45,158 nucleotides of DNA, taken from the IMG/VR virus record IMGVR_UViG_3300033067_000531. One strand, given 5' to 3'. Below are positions 27,651-37,683 of this stretch, one piece after another. Position 1 is the stretch's first letter, and every line of letters starts with the position of its first letter. A program made the position numbers and the translations under genes. A model generated the notes under the pieces. The model did no database searches, was not told the DNA's origin, and worked only from the letters and a program-made list of their open reading frames with translations. Source of the DNA: a virus. Lineage: Duplodnaviria > Heunggongvirae > Uroviricota > Caudoviricetes.

Positions 27651-28348
27651 GGGTATTCTCCATTATATTTCTGTTTCATAAATTCATTACCGTTCAGGAA
27701 GAACTCCTTTTGTACAGACAATTGTGTATTGCCTGTTCGGTAATTCAAAGTATAGTCACTGTTAGTACCATATGTAGTTTGCGATTTTAACACATGCATC
27801 AACATTCTGTCAACTTCAGGAACACCAGGTTCTCTTGCTTTTCGATACCAGATTGGACTTAATTGCAAAGCCAATTGTTTTGGAAAGAAGTAACAACCAA
27901 CATCAACGAACTGGTCACCAATACATGATTCCCAAAGTCCTAGTGATTCGCAGTCGTCATTACAAACATATTCACCATTTGTGTCAACGATTTTTCGTAA
28001 GGAGTATGCCCAATTAACACCAGTCTCCATAATCTTCATCAGGGATTCGATATGGGTAGGTTCCAACCAATTATCCTCATCTAGGTAACAGATGTACTCA
28101 CCCTTTGCTAGGAATGCACTGGCACCGTACATACGGTGTCCATTAAATCTGTCGGTGCCAACGGGATAAGGTAGGTCAATAACATCAATGTGTGGATATT
28201 CGGAACAGATAACACGACCTTTGGGTTGTCCGTCCACGAATACTAGATGTTGTACATTTTCATAAGTTTGATTTTTGACAGACTCGATGGCCTGTCTCAA
28301 GTATGGTGCACCAGTTGTTGGTGTCACCACAGTCACCATAGGTTTCAT
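27632..28348 (-). CDS. glycosyltransferase family 2
   Basis: VTVVTPT...LRQAIESVKNQTY...VDG...YLDEDN. Confidence 0.9.
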   Translation of the reverse strand: MKPMVTVVTPTTGAPYLRQAIESVKNQTYENVQHLVFVDGQPKGRVICSEYPHIDVIDLPYPVGTDRFNGHRMYGASAFLAKGEYICYLDEDNWLEPTHIESLMKIMETGVNWAYSLRKIVDTNGEYVCNDDCESLGLWESCIGDQFVDVGCYFFPKQLALQLSPIWYRKAREPGVPEVDRMLMHVLKSQTTYGTNSDYTLNYRTGNTQLSVQKEFFLNGNEFMKQKYNGEYPWRKRT

Positions 28349-28351
28349 AAT

Positions 28352-28615
28352 TTAGTCTCTAGTTAATGATTTAATTCTCTCGATTTGTTTATCTAAGATT
28401 GGTTTACGGTTTGGCCAGAAGATGTATTCTTTGTCGCCGGTGTCACGTAGTTTCTCCAAGAAAGGAATGATTAGTGATTCTAAATCTTCCAATTTCTTTT
28501 GGTAATGTAATGCAGTTTCGTCTGCTGCGATTTCAGCCTTACGACTGATTCTTTCTTCATATTCTTCTGCTGATATGGCAGAGAATCCAAAATCGTCATC
28601 AATATTGTTTTTCAT
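28352..28615 (-). CDS. conserved hypothetical protein
   Basis: DDFGFSA...EYIFWPNR. Confidence 0.7.
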   Translation of the reverse strand: MKNNIDDDFGFSAISAEEYEERISRKAEIAADETALHYQKKLEDLESLIIPFLEKLRDTGDKEYIFWPNRKPILDKQIERIKSLTRD

Positions 28616-28617
28616 AA

Positions 28618-29688
28618 TTAACTATACTTAATAAAAATACTACTGTTCTTGGTAGCAGAAGAACCATATCCAAAAATCCATTTGGTGACTTCTTCCGATT
28701 TCTTGCTCTTCTTTAATGCATAACAGTAAGCAACACCCAAGTACTTAGACATCCACCACACCTTGTCTCGTTTATGATTCATCTTGGCCTCAAGTGCTAA
28801 ATCCTTGACAGACTTTTTGTTACCTGAAAGGTCTTTAAACATCTTGGCGAATTCTTCTAATGTTTTGTCGGATGGTTTTTCAATCTGTGTACCAAATGCA
28901 GAGGGTTTCTGCAAGTCTTTCACCTTACAATCTTGAGCGATTGATATCAACACACCACCACCAATTTTACCACCAGCCGCAGTCTTACCCTTGATTTCAC
29001 CTTGCCAAGATGAAGTTACTGGACGACTAGAGAAATTTCTCAACTGAATTTCACCTTGTTTACCTTCAGATTCATATTGAATGTAAATGTCCTTAGAATC
29101 ACCCATGTTTTGTCCCAGTTTGAAACCGACAAAGTTTGCGTTCGGTGGTTCACCATCATTAAATACTTTGGAGTGAGCAGGACCCTTAGGAACTTTCTTT
29201 AGTGAAATGCCAACAAGTTTTTTTGATTGATATTGGTCGAAGATGTAACCATTATAGTCTTGTAGTGTGGTCCAACCTTTTTGGAATTTAAAGTTTTTCT
29301 CAGCCATCCAAATGTCGGCTGGGTTCCACTTGTCATCACCTGAAATTCCACTGTCTTTTCTGAATCTACCAAATTCTGAATAGATGCTGCTGACAAGGTC
29401 ACCACCACGGTAAAACATGTACTTGGAACCTTTAGACAATTTGAAGTCTTTGAATATTTGATTGGCGGTAACAATAACACTATGATACCATTCTGCACCC
29501 AAACCATCAATACACTGTTTCAAGGTTCTATCACAATCGGCTGTACCAATAGTTTTATTACTGATTTCGGTGATATCAGTTAAGTCTTTACCTAGAAATT
29601 GTCTGGTTGCACATGCATAAGCCTGTAGACTTTCTGCTAATGCTGTTACCTCTGCTCCTGCACCTGAACCTGATTCAGCCATGTTCAC
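28618..29688 (-). CDS. hypothetical protein with PD-(D/E)XK-like motif
   Basis: E...DKWNPADIW...GISLKK; GATAAATA late-promoter variant just upstream. Confidence 0.55.
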   Translation of the reverse strand: MNMAESGSGAGAEVTALAESLQAYACATRQFLGKDLTDITEISNKTIGTADCDRTLKQCIDGLGAEWYHSVIVTANQIFKDFKLSKGSKYMFYRGGDLVSSIYSEFGRFRKDSGISGDDKWNPADIWMAEKNFKFQKGWTTLQDYNGYIFDQYQSKKLVGISLKKVPKGPAHSKVFNDGEPPNANFVGFKLGQNMGDSKDIYIQYESEGKQGEIQLRNFSSRPVTSSWQGEIKGKTAAGGKIGGGVLISIAQDCKVKDLQKPSAFGTQIEKPSDKTLEEFAKMFKDLSGNKKSVKDLALEAKMNHKRDKVWWMSKYLGVAYCYALKKSKKSEEVTKWIFGYGSSATKNSSIFIKYS

Positions 29689-29703
29689 CCCAAATAAAAG
29701 TAT

Positions 29704-30813
29704 TTATCGGATAATCTGAATGTCTTTTCCTGAAGTCCAGACTTCCAATTCACTTCTCAAACGGCCTTCATTGTGTAGTGTTGCATAACGATTGACTGCC
29801 TTGGTTCGCCACCATTCAATCAAGTTTACCAGTTTATGTTTTTCATAGTTTTCACCAGGAATAAGCACGTCCGTCTTACAATTCACATAGTCGACCATGT
29901 TCTTGAAACCATAGTCACTGATGTAATAACGTTTCTGCTCTGTCAACCCTTTAGCCTTCTCAATCGTTTGGTTGAATGTCAGTCCTTCAGGTTTACCTTT
30001 TAAGGCTGCTTTAGTAAGAGCAATAATCCTCATGGTAATCTTTAGTTTCTTGCTAGAGGCCTCTGGATCAACCAATGGTCCCACTTTGCCTTCCACATAG
30101 TCACGTAAATCATCATATGTTTTACCGTGCATCATAGGCACAAAATCACTCTCTGTCAAGCCTTTGTATCTGATATATGGTTTCATGCCATCATATTGCG
30201 ATACTGTCTTAGAACTACCATACAAACTGGTAGTCTCAAACAAACAAAGATTCATTCCATACTTCTTGTTTACAATCTCACGTACTTCGTGACTGGTACA
30301 GATTGCTGCCAACAGTTTACCACCAAGGTAATTGTAACCGAATGGTTGTGCAGGAACGATAACAAAACCCATCATAGATGAATTATTGAATCTCTGACCC
30401 CATTCTTTTTGTTGTGTGAATACTTGACCAAGCATTTCATTACGAGGTTTGCAGTTAATAACTGGAGAACCAAGACGAATGAAACCAACAAACTTACCGG
30501 TTGTGGTTTCTTTGACAGCCAAACGTAATTGACGACCAACAGGTGCAATGTTGATATGTGAACTGGTGATGTTCAACAGGTTTGTCCATGTTTCGTTATC
30601 AATCTCACACACCTCAAAGTTCATATCTTTAGGATGCATGGAGAAGTCCTGAAACAGGTCATCTTCCAATGGGAATAAAGGATTGGATGGTAGGTCTGCC
30701 AGAGAATTTAATTTCTGGTCACGCATGTACTCGTCAATACGATTGAAATTACCGAAGTAATCTTCAAATACTTTTGCACAATGTAGTGCTTCGTCAAACT
30801 TTAAATCCATCAA
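29704..30813 (-). CDS. DruA/DUF4338-like protein
   Basis: GRQLRLAV...GFIRLGSP...PFGYNYLGGKLLA...TTSLYG...SQY. Confidence 0.65.
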   Translation of the reverse strand: MMDLKFDEALHCAKVFEDYFGNFNRIDEYMRDQKLNSLADLPSNPLFPLEDDLFQDFSMHPKDMNFEVCEIDNETWTNLLNITSSHINIAPVGRQLRLAVKETTTGKFVGFIRLGSPVINCKPRNEMLGQVFTQQKEWGQRFNNSSMMGFVIVPAQPFGYNYLGGKLLAAICTSHEVREIVNKKYGMNLCLFETTSLYGSSKTVSQYDGMKPYIRYKGLTESDFVPMMHGKTYDDLRDYVEGKVGPLVDPEASSKKLKITMRIIALTKAALKGKPEGLTFNQTIEKAKGLTEQKRYYISDYGFKNMVDYVNCKTDVLIPGENYEKHKLVNLIEWWRTKAVNRYATLHNEGRLRSELEVWTSGKDIQIIR

Positions 30814-32191
30814 AATTCTTCTTCATTGGTTTTTCTCTGTCACCAAAGGTGTTCAGAGGTTTATCATTATGTCCTGCATCGGCCAAACCTTCTTGTGCTG
30901 ATTGTTCAATATCAAACAAACGCATCTTAGAACGGTCGATACCAACGGTGAAACGTTTATAGTAGTTAGGATCATTGTAACGGTTCTTCAATTGTTTTAC
31001 CATCAACTGACCCATTGCTTCAAGTTCTTCGGATGAAATCAAGGCAAACATCAAGTCAGCGGTTGCTGGCAAACCAAAAGATTCACTTGTGTCTTCCAAC
31101 CCTGGATCGGATGATGTAAATCCGCTTCTTGTAGTTTGTGTAGCAGAGATGATTGGGACTCCGAACTCAACAGCAAGACCTCGCAATTCTTCTGCAATTG
31201 CTTTGACATAGGTATAACTATTAACGTTGGCTCCGGCTTTGAGCCTAGAACTGCAACAGATATTAAGATAGTCGATACAAATAAGGTCAGGTACGAAAGA
31301 TTTTTTAAGTTGAAGTTCATTTAATAAAGACCTGAAGTGTGTAGCGGATGCTGATGCTGTTGGATATTCTTTGATAATCAATTTACCTACGGTCTTTTCA
31401 CGTAGTCTAGAAACCTTACGGTCGAACATTTCCTTTGGCATGGACATTAAATCGTCCACTGTCACATTCAATAAGTTTGCATCTATACGTTCAGCAATCT
31501 TTTCTTCAGCCATTTCCATGGTAATGTACAAAACGTTCTTACCTTGTACAAGAGCACCAGCAGAAACATGACACATAAAAAGAGATTTACCCACGCCAGT
31601 TCCGGCAAGAGCGATGTTGAGTGTTTTGGCAGGAAGACCGCCCTTAGTGATTTTGTTGAAGAACTCAAGGTCGAATGGTAATCGTTCTTCTTTTCTGTGG
31701 TAGAAGTCGTATCGTTCATCTGTATTCTCCAAATAGTCGTGACCAACAGAGTTGTCAAAACTTATAGCCAAGGCTTCCGAAAGTAGAGTGGGAATCGAAC
31801 CTTTTTCTCGGGTTTTGTCCTTCCCTTCAAGTATAGAAATTGACCCCAATACAGCATTGTAAATGGCCTTTTCTTGGCAGAACTTTTCGGTTCTATCAAC
31901 AAGCCATTGAAGTTCGGATTTGTCCTCTGAAGTTTCTCTAATTTCTTTAAGAGTCTGTTCGCATCTGTCCACCTCAACATCTGTGAGATTTCGTGATTCT
32001 TTGATGGCCAATGCAATCGCTTCAATCGAAGGTGGTACATTGTAACTTTGTACGAATTCGTGGATTGCATTGAACACCTTGCGGTCTGAACTCTCAGTGA
32101 AGTACTCCGGTCTAATGAACGGCAGTACTTTTCTTGTATACTCATCATTGTAAATCAGATTCTTTAGAATCGTCTGTTCCACTCTCATCAA
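30794..32191 (-). CDS. 41: replicative DNA helicase (T4 gp41-like)
   Basis: AGTGVGKS, ITMEMAEE, IDYLN, ATQTTR, KQLKNRY. Confidence 0.96.
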   Translation of the reverse strand: MMRVEQTILKNLIYNDEYTRKVLPFIRPEYFTESSDRKVFNAIHEFVQSYNVPPSIEAIALAIKESRNLTDVEVDRCEQTLKEIRETSEDKSELQWLVDRTEKFCQEKAIYNAVLGSISILEGKDKTREKGSIPTLLSEALAISFDNSVGHDYLENTDERYDFYHRKEERLPFDLEFFNKITKGGLPAKTLNIALAGTGVGKSLFMCHVSAGALVQGKNVLYITMEMAEEKIAERIDANLLNVTVDDLMSMPKEMFDRKVSRLREKTVGKLIIKEYPTASASATHFRSLLNELQLKKSFVPDLICIDYLNICCSSRLKAGANVNSYTYVKAIAEELRGLAVEFGVPIISATQTTRSGFTSSDPGLEDTSESFGLPATADLMFALISSEELEAMGQLMVKQLKNRYNDPNYYKRFTVGIDRSKMRLFDIEQSAQEGLADAGHNDKPLNTFGDREKPMKKNFDGFKV

Positions 32192-32474
32192 TAATATCCT
32201 GTTCTAAATTGCCTGACATTAGGTTCACCAAAAGTGGACCAATGTATTCTTTAAAGTCACTATCGCTTTCCAATTTCTTGGGTTTCATAACTGGTGATTC
32301 TAACACATAATAGGCAAAAAGTAAATAGACATTACCATGGCGTTCTTCAAACTTTACCTTACCGTATTTAAAAACGGTATCCTTGTAAGGACCCGTTAAT
32401 AATTTGATATGAACTGCTGTGCCGTCATCCTTTGGATAAATGAAACAGTAATCAGTACCTTCAATTAGTTCCAT
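32145..32474 (-). CDS. gp40-like head vertex assembly chaperone (by synteny)
   Basis: Small ORF between uvsX and 41, as in T4; start MELIEG. Confidence 0.5.
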   Translation of the reverse strand: MELIEGTDYCFIYPKDDGTAVHIKLLTGPYKDTVFKYGKVKFEERHGNVYLLFAYYVLESPVMKPKKLESDSDFKEYIGPLLVNLMSGNLEQDIIDESGTDDSKESDLQ

Positions 32475-33531
32475 TTGAGGTCTCCACATCAAAAGTTTCC
32501 TCCACATCACTCGCAAGGATTTCTCCATGTGCCACACGATACTTACTCTCAACGAAATCTTGGAAAGACTTCTGTTTCAGAATAGGTAACCAGAAGGCGG
32601 ATGAATTGGTATCCTTTTCACGGTAGTTCTTTTCTTCAATCACACCATCTTGGTCAACACGCTGGTACCAACCTGCCTTAGGTTTAACTACATGTTTAGA
32701 TTCAAGAGCAATGTCCAGTAGGCCAGACCACTTGCTAATGCCACCGTCATGCAATACAGTAACAGGGATTTTAGATTTTTCACGAACATACCTAGATTTT
32801 TCAACGTTAATAACAAAGTGGTAACCAACAACTTCAGTACCTTCTTTTTCTTGTTGACGGCCAATAATGAAAATGTTGTCGGCAGAGTAATATGAACCTG
32901 TACCACCACCAACAATATCTTTAGGGAACATACCAATTTCTTTGTATGTGTGATTCACCACAATCATTGGAATGTCTTTAAGTGACAGGTGAGGTGTAAT
33001 CATACGGAACAATGACTTGACCTGTTTGGCACGAGACATATCAGCCACAGACTTACCATCAAGAGCATCATCAACTTCTTTCTTAGAAGCCAAGTTACCG
33101 ATGGAGTCAATAACAATAATCAAATGGTCTCCACGTTCCAATTGTGTGAGTTGTTGCATCACATCAAACTTCAACTGTTCAATATCGGTAAGAGGAGTAT
33201 GCAATACACGGTCTGTATCAATACCAAATGAATCAAAATAAGATTGTGGTGTACCGAATTCAGAGTCATAAAATAAAAGTGCGGCATCAGGATATTTGTC
33301 AAGGTAAGATTTGGCCATCAACAAAGAGAATGCTGTCTTAAAGTGCTTGGATGGACCTGCCCACATTGTAAGACCTGGTGTTAGACCACCATCTAATTTA
33401 CCAGACAGTGCAATGTTGATTGCTGGTACTGCCGTAGGAATCATGTCCTTGTCGGTGAAGAACTTGGACTTGGAAAGAATAGCAGATTCCTTGATTGAAC
33501 TATTCTTCTTAATTTTATCTAAAATACTCAT
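32461..33531 (-). CDS. uvsX: RecA-like recombinase UvsX
   Basis: AGPSKHFKT, YDSEFG, IDSIGNLASKKE, VNHTY. Confidence 0.96.
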   Translation of the reverse strand: MSILDKIKKNSSIKESAILSKSKFFTDKDMIPTAVPAINIALSGKLDGGLTPGLTMWAGPSKHFKTAFSLLMAKSYLDKYPDAALLFYDSEFGTPQSYFDSFGIDTDRVLHTPLTDIEQLKFDVMQQLTQLERGDHLIIVIDSIGNLASKKEVDDALDGKSVADMSRAKQVKSLFRMITPHLSLKDIPMIVVNHTYKEIGMFPKDIVGGGTGSYYSADNIFIIGRQQEKEGTEVVGYHFVINVEKSRYVREKSKIPVTVLHDGGISKWSGLLDIALESKHVVKPKAGWYQRVDQDGVIEEKNYREKDTNSSAFWLPILKQKSFQDFVESKYRVAHGEILASDVEETFDVETSNGTN

Positions 33532-34697
33532 TTTTTATCCTTTTCACGAAATGAATAACTATCATCATAATCATACTTAGTTATTGCTGGAATGGTCGTA
33601 CCTATTTCATCAATAACGATAAGATTGTCTTGTGGTATTTGTACCGTCTTAGTCTCAACACTAGGTGATTCCTTTGGTTGTTCTTCCTTTGGTTGCACCA
33701 TTGGTTTCAAATCTTTGAAATGCACAAAAGGTTGTTCGAGATATGACTTCTTAACATTGTGGTTTTCATCATGCATTTCCTGAATTGATTTTATCATCAA
33801 CTCATTCAACTTATCCATAGTCATATTATAAGTGTTTGCTTGTTCTTCCGAAGTTACTGCTTCAGGCAAAACACTCTGCAATTCTTGTGCAACAAACCCA
33901 ACAGGTTCGGTTGGTTCTTCGGCCTTTGGTGGTTTAACTTCCACAATCTTCTTTTGATTTGCAAGTGAGATATTACCAGCAATCAACAACAGAATGGCCA
34001 ATGGGTCGAATACAATAATGATTAGACCGATTACTAACCGAACGGCCTTTTCAACAACGCCGTTTCCAGCCTCCTCACCGTATGCCAAGGCGGCAACGTA
34101 TTTGATAGGCCCAAGGTCCGCTTCTGCTTTCTTAAGCTCCACAGATAACGGCGCAAGTTCCTCTCGGTATACGGCAATATTCTTTTGCGACAATTCAATT
34201 TGCGATACCAGACGACCACGGTCTTTTTGTTGAGAACGGCGTAGTGTCTGCGCTTGCAAGATACCTTTTTCATCCGTTGTTCTGCCAACCGTTTGGTCAA
34301 CAATCGCATCAAGCTGTTTAAGTTCTTTGCGTGATTCTTCAATAGTTTCTCGTTCAACACGTATCTTTTCCTCTAGCAATTCAACTTTAGATTGTAATGG
34401 TGATGTATCACTGGAATGTTCCAGGTGCGCCTTGGACAAATATCCAAAGATACCCATAGACGTAATAAGCATAAGAATCGTAACAGCAACGGACAAGTAT
34501 CCTTTCAATAGGAGACCTGCACTATGCCAGTTACGATACAACCAAGAAACCGTTACCAGTTTGGATGATTCTAGTACTGCACCCATAATGACCACAGGCC
34601 AAAATGAACCAGGAAAAATCTCAGCCAAACCGATAACGGAGTAATAAGCCGCTACGGCAGATAATGCAATAGCGGTTAAGAAAGTTAGGAATATCAT
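33528..34697 (-). CDS. multi-TM coiled-coil membrane protein
   Basis: Three N-terminal TM helices, coiled coil, IIVFDPLAILLL TM. Confidence 0.7.
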   Translation of the reverse strand: MIFLTFLTAIALSAVAAYYSVIGLAEIFPGSFWPVVIMGAVLESSKLVTVSWLYRNWHSAGLLLKGYLSVAVTILMLITSMGIFGYLSKAHLEHSSDTSPLQSKVELLEEKIRVERETIEESRKELKQLDAIVDQTVGRTTDEKGILQAQTLRRSQQKDRGRLVSQIELSQKNIAVYREELAPLSVELKKAEADLGPIKYVAALAYGEEAGNGVVEKAVRLVIGLIIIVFDPLAILLLIAGNISLANQKKIVEVKPPKAEEPTEPVGFVAQELQSVLPEAVTSEEQANTYNMTMDKLNELMIKSIQEMHDENHNVKKSYLEQPFVHFKDLKPMVQPKEEQPKESPSVETKTVQIPQDNLIVIDEIGTTIPAITKYDYDDSYSFREKDKK

Positions 34698-37249
34698 CCG
34701 AAAAATGCCTCTAGTGAGTTAGTCTTTTCAGCCTTCCAACCCATGCAATCTAAGATAACTTTAATAGGGTCCAGAAATGCTTTGTCGAATTGTACATCAT
34801 AATCAATATAATCGTCAAGCCCAAATTCTGGTGGAATTCGAGAAGGATAAGAAACCACATCTTCTTTGAAATGATTTGGTAGTTTCAAATAGGTAAACTT
34901 CAACTTCTCACCATCTTGAATCAGTGGATACTTCTTCTCTAAACCCAACAACTTCAAATTGTGGTTGTATAGAATTGCACCACGAACATGAATTGGTGTG
35001 CCTTTCTTATACAGAGTCACGGAATCAGAATAGGTATTTAAACCATTCAGACCACGAGGGAAAGAGATTTCTTCTGGTGGTAGAGTTTTGAATTCTTCAC
35101 GGAACTTCTTAATGAAGGTTTGAATGTCATTCTCGGTACCTGTCATCATCAACGCCACAGCATCCCACATTCTTTCACGAATGGCTGATGGAGTGGAAGA
35201 CTTAATCATTTCCAAACCCATGACTTTAATCTTAGGTTTGGCGTACTGCACACCTTCGTTGTTATACACATTCAAAATGTAACGTTTCTTGGCAGTCCAA
35301 ACACCTTTGTCGGACAAACCTTCACGTTTCATTTGCATCTTTTGAGCATATGCGTTAACGTAGTTAGCAAGTTCAGTGTAACTCTTATCAATAAAAGGTT
35401 GAAGTTTATCCTCACAGATTTTGTCCATGATGGAGATGATGCGAGTAACATCAGATTGGTCTTGAACAAACTTGTCGATAAGAGGACCAAGTTTAAGATA
35501 AATCGAGTCAGTATCGGACGCAATAACATAATCCACTCCTTCTGTACCGACCAATTTGTTCATGTACTGGTTTATTTTGTTTTCGATCCAGCGTATTGAG
35601 AGCTGGCCCGCTGTAGTGACTCCAAGAGCCATGCGTAGGTCATAAAACCTAAAATACTGACTTCCCAAAGCGCCGTAAGCGGAGTTAAGGGATACTTTCT
35701 TTGCGAGCTGTAGGTTGTTGTATCTGGCGATTCGTTTTTCAATTTCGTATTGTTTTGATTTGTCTTTTTCATTTTCTTTCTCCTGTTGGGCAGCCAACAT
35801 CATGTTTTTAAATTTCTTACGGTCAACATACATTTCTTCACACATAGCAGGCAAGAAACCTTGTTTGTCGGTACGGAAGAATTGACCGTTTGGTGTGATG
35901 GTAACACCTTGTAAACCGGATAGGTCGATTTCTTTCTTCAACAACTTTTCAACAGTCACACCTTGAGATAGGATACTTCTCATTTCTGGTGTATAGTTCT
36001 CAGGATCAATTAGAGTTTCTGGTGAAATATTGTATTGCATCATCAAGTGCGGATACAATGAGTTCAAGTCGAATGAAGCCACAAATTTATGAGCACCAAC
36101 TTGAGGTACTTTAACATAAGCTCCTTCAAACATGCCGTCTTTTTCTTGTACGTCACGTGGTGGTACAATGATATTCTTTGCCAACAGGTAAGAATATGTC
36201 ATAGAGTCCCACATACGAGTCTGTGCAAAGATATCTTCGTAGTTACATTTGGTGTCGTAAGCAAGGGTCAAACCAAGTTCCAACAACTTCAACTTCTCAT
36301 CAATACGTTCAACCAACACAACGTCTTTAATGTTGTATTCAATAAACTTTTGATGATTCAAACGATACAGTGCATGTAGGTTGTCATATTCATCATACGA
36401 CAATTTACGTTCACCAATTTCCACGTTTGCGATGTTATCCAAACGGTAGGATTCTTGTGACTTACCACCTGGCGCATACCATTTGTAGAGTTCAATATAA
36501 TCGAGTTGTTCAACACCCAAGAAACCGTATGCAATCATCTGACGACCATTTACGATGGCTTTACGTTCAGTGATAACTTTCCAAGGAGACAACATCTTGG
36601 CTTTATCTTCACCGAGAATCTTACGGAAACGATTAACCAAATAAGGAATATCGAAGAACTTGGTGTTCCAACCAGTCACAACATCTGGTGTGTGTAGTGC
36701 CCAATGTTGAATGAATAGGTTACAAAGAGTCCATTCATCTTTACATTTGATGTATTGAATGTCGATACCTGGATTGGTTTCATCCAAGGAGTTGTCGTAG
36801 TCACCGCAACCCCAAACAATCATACGACCACCAAGTTCTTTCAAACCGATGGCAGTAATTGGTTCGTTGGCCAGATATGGGTCAGGGAAACCATTTTCTG
36901 AACCAACTTCAATATCAATATTGGCAACTAGAATCTTGTCCAAGTCCCAGTCAACCATACCAGGATGTTGGTCTGAAATAAATGCATATTCGTATCTGGT
37001 GTTACCATAGATTTTAGGTGCACCAGGAATGCCGTCATACTTCTTAAAGAAGTCACGTGCTTCACGCATGGTATCAAACTTCTTGCGCTCAAGTGGAACG
37101 CCATCCAAAGAACGGTATTGTGTTTGTTTTTTGGTTGGTAGGTAAAGTGACGGTTCGTATTCAACACGTTGTTTGATACGTTTACCATCCATGATACCAC
37201 GGTAGAGAATGTAACTACCGTAAGTCTGAACGTTTGTGTAAAAATCCAT
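34694..37249 (-). CDS. 43: family B DNA polymerase (T4 gp43-like)
   Basis: DIEV exo I, FDLNSLYP, KVSLNSAYG, SDTDS, KKRY. Confidence 0.98.
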   Translation of the reverse strand: MDFYTNVQTYGSYILYRGIMDGKRIKQRVEYEPSLYLPTKKQTQYRSLDGVPLERKKFDTMREARDFFKKYDGIPGAPKIYGNTRYEYAFISDQHPGMVDWDLDKILVANIDIEVGSENGFPDPYLANEPITAIGLKELGGRMIVWGCGDYDNSLDETNPGIDIQYIKCKDEWTLCNLFIQHWALHTPDVVTGWNTKFFDIPYLVNRFRKILGEDKAKMLSPWKVITERKAIVNGRQMIAYGFLGVEQLDYIELYKWYAPGGKSQESYRLDNIANVEIGERKLSYDEYDNLHALYRLNHQKFIEYNIKDVVLVERIDEKLKLLELGLTLAYDTKCNYEDIFAQTRMWDSMTYSYLLAKNIIVPPRDVQEKDGMFEGAYVKVPQVGAHKFVASFDLNSLYPHLMMQYNISPETLIDPENYTPEMRSILSQGVTVEKLLKKEIDLSGLQGVTITPNGQFFRTDKQGFLPAMCEEMYVDRKKFKNMMLAAQQEKENEKDKSKQYEIEKRIARYNNLQLAKKVSLNSAYGALGSQYFRFYDLRMALGVTTAGQLSIRWIENKINQYMNKLVGTEGVDYVIASDTDSIYLKLGPLIDKFVQDQSDVTRIISIMDKICEDKLQPFIDKSYTELANYVNAYAQKMQMKREGLSDKGVWTAKKRYILNVYNNEGVQYAKPKIKVMGLEMIKSSTPSAIRERMWDAVALMMTGTENDIQTFIKKFREEFKTLPPEEISFPRGLNGLNTYSDSVTLYKKGTPIHVRGAILYNHNLKLLGLEKKYPLIQDGEKLKFTYLKLPNHFKEDVVSYPSRIPPEFGLDDYIDYDVQFDKAFLDPIKVILDCMGWKAEKTNSLEAFFG

Positions 37250-37252
37250 TAA

Positions 37253-37564
37253 TTAGCCTGTAATGATTTGAGGTGCGGATGTTTTTTCATCGCTATTAGA
37301 TAACATTGAATTATATTCGGATAGAATCGCCTTGTCAACTGGATATGTGTAGACAATGTGTAAAGGTTCCAGAAGAAGTGTCGATCCTTCCTCCGCATAT
37401 TCTGGCCATGGTGCGAAACCTAAAGAAGGAGGACCACCCTGGATTTGTGGTGGCATTAATTTGATGTGTACTGTGTTGGAGACTTGTACTTGGCCTGTCT
37501 TGGTGGGTTCAACGGTTGCAATAATTTCTTCACCTGTGACCAATTTGATGCCAATAATGTTCAT
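37253..37564 (-). CDS. small Sm-like fold protein of T4-like phages
   Basis: IKLVTGEEIIA N-terminal motif; start at MNIIG. Confidence 0.65.
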   Translation of the reverse strand: MNIIGIKLVTGEEIIATVEPTKTGQVQVSNTVHIKLMPPQIQGGPPSLGFAPWPEYAEEGSTLLLEPLHIVYTYPVDKAILSEYNSMLSNSDEKTSAPQIITG

Positions 37565-37589
37565 AATTTGATTCCAATCAATAAAAATA

Positions 37590-37597
37590 TATAAATA
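37590..37597 (+). promoter_or_regulatory. T4-type late promoter for the plus-strand genes
   Basis: Exact TATAAATA upstream of the 37684 ORF. Confidence 0.65.
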
Positions 37598-37604
37598 ATA
37601 ACAC

Positions 37605-37633
37605 ATTATATATGATTTTGTCTGAACCTGCAA
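37605..37633 (-). promoter_or_regulatory. sigma70-type promoter of the replication operon
   Basis: TTGCAG-N17-TATAAT upstream of the 37564 start. Confidence 0.7.
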
Positions 37634-37683
37634 TAGGTTCGTGCGTTGTTTACCAGTCTTGACAACATCATTTCCCTGAGAAC

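Noticed and set aside
7826-37249. Introns or inteins in nrdA, nrdB, thyX, helicase, uvsX or polymerase
   Set aside because: All are continuous and of ordinary length, with no visible intein or homing-endonuclease insertions
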